From positions 74,652 through 138,651 of the forward strand of contig JAVZPM010000002.1 of the NCBI GenBank assembly GCA_038881595.1: DNA of 64,000 bases, in the 5' to 3' direction. Position numbers and translations under genes: made by a program. The notes below the pieces were generated by a model, which did no database searches, was not told the DNA's origin, and worked only from the letters and a program-made list of their open reading frames with translations. Below are positions 59,357 through 64,000 of the stretch, in pieces. Positions within the stretch are counted from its first letter, which is position 1. Each line of letters starts with the position of its first letter. Origin of the DNA: Candidatus Micrarchaeia archaeon (lineage in GTDB: Archaea > Micrarchaeota > Micrarchaeia > CABMEP01).

Positions 59357-60397
59357 TTATTCAAACCAGCTGTCAAGTTTTGTTTGACTTTTCCCTTCCT
59401 CTTTTTTCATCATTCTGTCAAGTGCTCCTTCCACTCTTTCTATCATGAATTCATGCTCGCCGCAAAGAAATTCAATTATTTCTTCTCTTTTTGGATCTCC
59501 AAATTTAATGATAGGTTCGCGCTTTGGTTTAGGAGGTTCTAAAAAGAATCTTTCAATTTCTTCTAAATCTGATTTATTTATTTCATAAATATCAATCGCT
59601 TTTGCCTTTTCAAAGCATTCCTTAAGAGAATTGGATTCTTTTGCGATCGCAATTCCTTTCTTTGGACCTATACCTTTAATACCTTCAAAATAGTCAGTTC
59701 CCATCATTATAGCAGCCCAAATAAGTTGTTTCCTTTCTATCCCGATCTGAGAAAGTGATTCTTCTGCATCAATCATCTCAGGTTCAACTTCAACCCATAC
59801 GCCTTTTCCGGGGAGTTTTCTCCTTCCGCTTAAAGTAATGTTTCTTACTATTCTATTTGCACCAAATAATATTGAATCATAATCTTGGGATCCGACTGCA
59901 TATGCCATTCCTTCACTTACCAAACGAGCAGCTTCAGCCTCTCCTTCGCTAGGTGCAATAACTACAGGGACTCCCATTAATTCAAGCATCTTTTTCGATT
60001 CTTCAATAATTTCAGGAGTCATCTTTACTGTTGCTTGAGCATATGTTTTTAATTCAGTTTCGCCTCTTGCTATTGCTTCCTCTAATTTTCTTTGTGCCTC
60101 TGCTTTTATTTCCTGCCTTTTTTCTATTGTTTTCATTTTAAATTTTGGAGGTTCACCATCAAATACGAATACAGGTTGTATATTCATTTCAAGAAGTTTT
60201 GACACTCTGTAAAGTAATCCAGATAGGTGACTTGTTACTCTTCCCTTACTATCCATTAAAGGTGTCCCATCTTTCTGCCTTATTGTTGAAAGAAACTGAT
60301 AAATCATATTGTAAGAATCAATTGCAATTCTTCTTCCAGCAAGATTTTCAAGTTTAATTGGTCTTTTTATTAGAATGCTACCTAAGTCCACTCCCAT
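59357..60397 (-). CDS. fen: Flap endonuclease 1
   Basis: MGVDL, YQFLSTIRQ.DG, SEGEAEA, SQDYD, PIP box QTKLDSWF. Confidence 0.96.
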   Translation of the reverse strand: MGVDLGSILIKRPIKLENLAGRRIAIDSYNMIYQFLSTIRQKDGTPLMDSKGRVTSHLSGLLYRVSKLLEMNIQPVFVFDGEPPKFKMKTIEKRQEIKAEAQRKLEEAIARGETELKTYAQATVKMTPEIIEESKKMLELMGVPVVIAPSEGEAEAARLVSEGMAYAVGSQDYDSILFGANRIVRNITLSGRRKLPGKGVWVEVEPEMIDAEESLSQIGIERKQLIWAAIMMGTDYFEGIKGIGPKKGIAIAKESNSLKECFEKAKAIDIYEINKSDLEEIERFFLEPPKPKREPIIKFGDPKREEIIEFLCGEHEFMIERVEGALDRMMKKEEGKSQTKLDSWFE

Positions 60398-60419
60398 AAA
60401 ATCATCTTTCAAATTAGAA

Positions 60420-60872
60420 CTATTTTTTCTTCTTTTTTATTTCTATTATATCGCCTAAAGTTAAAGACTCATCGACTATTTTTCTCTTATTCTCCTTTGT
60501 TACTTCGACTTCTTCAAGTAATTTAATGTTAAAGAATTTCTCAAGCTTTCGGGCAACCTTTTCGCTAGGTATTACTTCGTCTCTTTCAATTCTGTCGATA
60601 TACGATTCTTTTTCTGCGATTGCAACTGCAAGCTGCTTTAATGTCATTCCTTTCTTTTCTCTTTCCTTTCTTATTATCTCAGCAAAATTATCTACTACTT
60701 CAAGTTCAATTTCCGATTTTTCTTCAATTTCCTTGTTTTTTCTTTTCTCTTCTTCAAATAGTGTCCTTACCACTTTTCCATGCTTTGTGCATTTATCACA
60801 GATATTCATTTCCACTCCTTCTACAATTGCAATGAAGGTTGCATTTGGTCTTCCACATAGTTCGCAATCCAT
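60420..60872 (-). CDS. Archaeal multiprotein bridging factor aMBF1
   Basis: CELCG..CDKC Zn ribbon, HTH, TLGD. Confidence 0.93.
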   Translation of the reverse strand: MDCELCGRPNATFIAIVEGVEMNICDKCTKHGKVVRTLFEEEKRKNKEIEEKSEIELEVVDNFAEIIRKEREKKGMTLKQLAVAIAEKESYIDRIERDEVIPSEKVARKLEKFFNIKLLEEVEVTKENKRKIVDESLTLGDIIEIKKKKK

Positions 60873-60940
60873 TTTAACACCAGAATATATATTTTAAATT
60901 TATAAGTAGTTTTTATAAATGTAATCATAAAATATAATTT

Positions 60941-62329
60941 ATGCAATTGGATACTATTTGTAAAAATGAATCCTGCAAATTAGCAGGAATTGTAATAATC
61001 TCGTTTCTCATATTCTTTCTTATAGTAACTAGTGATATTTCCGCTTTCCTTAAAGGAATACTGTCAATAGCCATTCTATTGATAACAGGGATCTTAATAA
61101 GAAAGATAACAGGAGCAGATGGTTGGAGTGGTTTCTTAATGCTTAAAATCAAAGAAGGATTGGATTTTATTAGGTGGTCAAATAGATTTTTTGGAAAATG
61201 GATGGATGGAATATCTGATTTTGGTCTTGTATTTGGGTTTGGACTTATAAGTACAAAATTTTTCAAACATGTAAAAATGAATACAATAGTTCTTGGCTTA
61301 ATAACACTGGTTGTTTTTTCTTTATTTATTTCACCATTCATAACTGTAATTGCTTTGTCTGTGATAGAGCTACCTCAAACCGAGATACCTGATTCAAGTT
61401 CAAGCCAATTTTCAATTCTTTCAATTCTTTCTTTTGTAGTTCTTTTGGTTTTGGGTTTTGTCGGTTTTGTTGCATTGGGTCTGATCGCAAAGGCTGCATC
61501 TGTGATCTACTCGGTTATATTGTTCCTTTTAGGTATTGCACCAAAAATTGATTCTTCTCCAGGAGTTTCATTTATTATCCCAGGAATAACAATACCTCTT
61601 TTTGAAGGTATAATCGCGCTTCTTGTATTGCTTGTCATACATGAGGGAGCGCACGGCATAGAGGCAATCCGTTCAAAAGTAAGGTTGAAATCTTCAGGAC
61701 TTCTTCTTTTTGGTTTTATACCTGTGGGTGCATTTGTTGACATCGATGACAACCAGCTTTCAAAGAGACAAACAAAACAAAAGTTGAGGGTTGCAGCTGC
61801 TGGAGCCGCATCAAATATAGTTGCAACGATCGTTTTCTTCATCCCAACCATACTGCTGTTATTTTCATTGCCGAATTTCTATTCGAACCATGTTACTGTA
61901 ATAGGAGTAAGTAAGAACGTTACAGATTTAAAAGTTGGGACTGAGATTTATTCAATAAACGGAATTCAGATCAATTCCCTTAATGATTTTAATAACGTTA
62001 AGAAAACATTCATGCCCAATTCAACTGTGACATTAGAAACAAATAATGGAATAATTAATGTAAAAACAGATGAAAATGGTACTATTGGAATTTTAGTTTC
62101 ACCAACAATAAAGTCAGAGTATTGGTGGATAAAATCAATTTATCTAATCTTTGCTCTTTTGACAGTATTGAATTTCTTTGTGGGTGTAATCAATCTTTTG
62201 CCAGTTCAGGCTTTTGATGGCCACAGAATTCTTCAGGATTCTATAAAAGAGAAAAAAGTGGTTGATTTAATCGCTTATATTGTTCTATTTGCACTTATAA
62301 TGAATTTAGTTCCCTGGATATGGAGTTAA
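60941..62329 (+). CDS. Site-2 protease (M50) with PDZ insert
   Basis: HEGAH, GAFV, AAGAASN, NLLPVQAFDG. Confidence 0.92.
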   Translation: MQLDTICKNESCKLAGIVIISFLIFFLIVTSDISAFLKGILSIAILLITGILIRKITGADGWSGFLMLKIKEGLDFIRWSNRFFGKWMDGISDFGLVFGFGLISTKFFKHVKMNTIVLGLITLVVFSLFISPFITVIALSVIELPQTEIPDSSSSQFSILSILSFVVLLVLGFVGFVALGLIAKAASVIYSVILFLLGIAPKIDSSPGVSFIIPGITIPLFEGIIALLVLLVIHEGAHGIEAIRSKVRLKSSGLLLFGFIPVGAFVDIDDNQLSKRQTKQKLRVAAAGAASNIVATIVFFIPTILLLFSLPNFYSNHVTVIGVSKNVTDLKVGTEIYSINGIQINSLNDFNNVKKTFMPNSTVTLETNNGIINVKTDENGTIGILVSPTIKSEYWWIKSIYLIFALLTVLNFFVGVINLLPVQAFDGHRILQDSIKEKKVVDLIAYIVLFALIMNLVPWIWS

Positions 62330-62385
62330 GATAAATATTTTTTAAATTTAATGTATACACTTCATTATAATTCACCAGGAGTGAG

Positions 62386-64000
62386 ATGTGTATGAGGAAA
62401 TTATCAAGTTTGAATTATCTAATCTTGTTCTTTGCATTAGTAAGTATCTCTTTTGCAGCAAATTGTGGCGGTTCAACTCCTTGCAATTGTGGAGATACTA
62501 TAATTGAAAACTATACAATGACAAGTGACCTTCCTTGTTCAGGTACTGCTCTCACTATCGGTGCAGATCACATAACTCTTGACTGTCAAGGGTATACTAT
62601 TAATCACACTGGTTCAGGTTCTGGAATTAATGCTTCAGGAAGGACAAACATTACTATAAAGAATTGTAATATAATCGGAAGCACTTCAGTAGCAAATAAT
62701 TATGGAATTTATTTCTATTCTACATCAAATAGTTTTATTCTTAATAACAATCTAAATTATTCTTAATAACAATCTAAATTCAAACTACGATGGTATCTAT
62801 TTAGGTTCCAGCTCCAACAACTCCATCTCCAATATTAACGCATCAAATAACGGAGACGGCATCTACCTCGACTACAACTCCAACTACAACACCCTTTCCA
62901 ACATTACTGCCTCCTCAAACAATTACGGCATCTACCTCTCCTCCAGCTCTAATTACAACACCCTTTCCAACATTACTGCCTCCTCAAACAATTACGGCAT
63001 CTACCTCTCCTCCAGCTCCAACAACTCCCTCTCCAACATTACTGCATCAAACAACCTCTATGGCATCTCCCTCTCCTCCAGCTCCTCCAACTCCCTCTCC
63101 AACATTACTGCATCAAACAATACCTGGTATGGCATCTCCCTCTCCTCCAGCTCCAACTACAACTCCCTTTTCAACATTACTGCATCAAACAATACCTGGT
63201 ATGGCATCTTACTCGACTCCAGCTCCTCCAACTCCCTCTCCAACATCACTGTAACAAACAGCAGCCAATATGGTATCTCCCTCTCCTCCAGCTCCAATAG
63301 TACTCTTTCACAGAACAATATGTCTAACAACAGATTTAACTTACACATAAATGGAAATGAAGAAACTCAAAATATAGACACCTCTAACTTAGTTGATGGA
63401 AAACCAGTTTACTGGCTTAAAAACGTTCAAAATCAAGTATTTGTTTCATCAACAAATGCCGGTTTGTTTGCATGTTTCAATTGTAACAATATCACAGTTA
63501 GAGATCTTACATTTGAGAAAAATAGTTATGGTGTATTATTTAAGGGTACGAATAATTCATTTATATTTAATATCACTGCTTCCAACAACACCTATGGCAT
63601 CTTACTCGACTCCAGCTCCTCCAACTCCCTCTCCAACATCACAGCATCAAACAATTCGCGTGGCATTCACCTCTTCTCCAGCTCCAACAACTCCCTCTCC
63701 AACATCACAGCATCAAACAATTCGCGTGGCATTCACCTCTTCTCCAGCTCCAACAACTCCCTCTCCAACATCACAGCATCAAACAATTCGCGTGGCATCT
63801 ACCTCTACTCCAGCTCTAACAACACTATATACAATAGCTTCTTTAATAATACAAACAATGTCTATTTTGATGGAACTATTTACGAAAACTTTTGGAACAC
63901 CACTCTTAACTGTTCTGCAGGTCCTAACATAATAGGAGGACCCTGCATAGGTGGAAACTTCTATGCAACTCCATCAGGAAACGGATTCTCTGAAACATGT
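62386..64000 (+). pseudogene. Secreted right-handed beta-helix (NosD/CASH-like) surface protein, frameshifted; runs off window
   Basis: Signal peptide, ITLDCQGY; 22-bp duplication 62735-62778 shifts frame; downstream frame open to 64000 with GIYL.SSSNNSLSNITASNN repeats, VDGKPVYW, GGNFY. Confidence 0.85.
62792..63830 (+). repeat. Two blocks of 66-72-bp coding tandem repeats (about 8 + 4 units)
   Basis: Consensus GGC ATC TAC CTC TCC TCC AGC TCC AAC AAC TCC CTC TCC AAC ATY ACW GCA TCA AAC AAY. Confidence 0.9.

Noticed and set aside
63060..63932. Pro/Thr/Ser-rich ORFs 63060-63254 and 63393-63932; repeats as CRISPR
   Set aside because: Alternate-frame readings of the beta-helix repeats; units are contiguous codon multiples without unique spacers

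Overview
AT-rich archaeal chromosomal window; gene content and tRNA intron style suggest a DPANN, possibly Micrarchaeota-like, lineage (inference). It is mostly core genome: the RNA polymerase/ribosomal cluster (rpoH-B''-B'-A'-A''-rpl30e-nusA-rps12-rps7), LonB, rpoE1/spt4, csl4-rpoL, two tandem ftsZ2-type genes, sua5, kae1/bud32, TyrRS, ThrRS, class II RNR, iscS-iscU, fibrillarin, PolX, MAT, FEN1, MBF1 and an S2P protease. Not shown in the ORF track: rps7 (partial), eL41, five tRNAs (all intron-containing, two at non-canonical positions), a box C/D guide RNA whose D guide fits 16S C1402, a thymidine kinase pseudogene, and a beta-helix surface protein gene frameshifted by a 22-bp duplication. 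Most unusual observations: a full-length P-type ATPase with every catalytic motif erased, a second cysteine desulfurase lacking the PLP lysine and carrying a CxxC, a diadenylate-cyclase-domain gene between kae1 and bud32, a shared hairpin+ATCAA element inside two tRNA introns, and mosaic C-rich repeats in the surface protein. No CRISPR array, rRNA, integrase or transposase was seen. All family calls come from motif recognition by eye; no searches were run.
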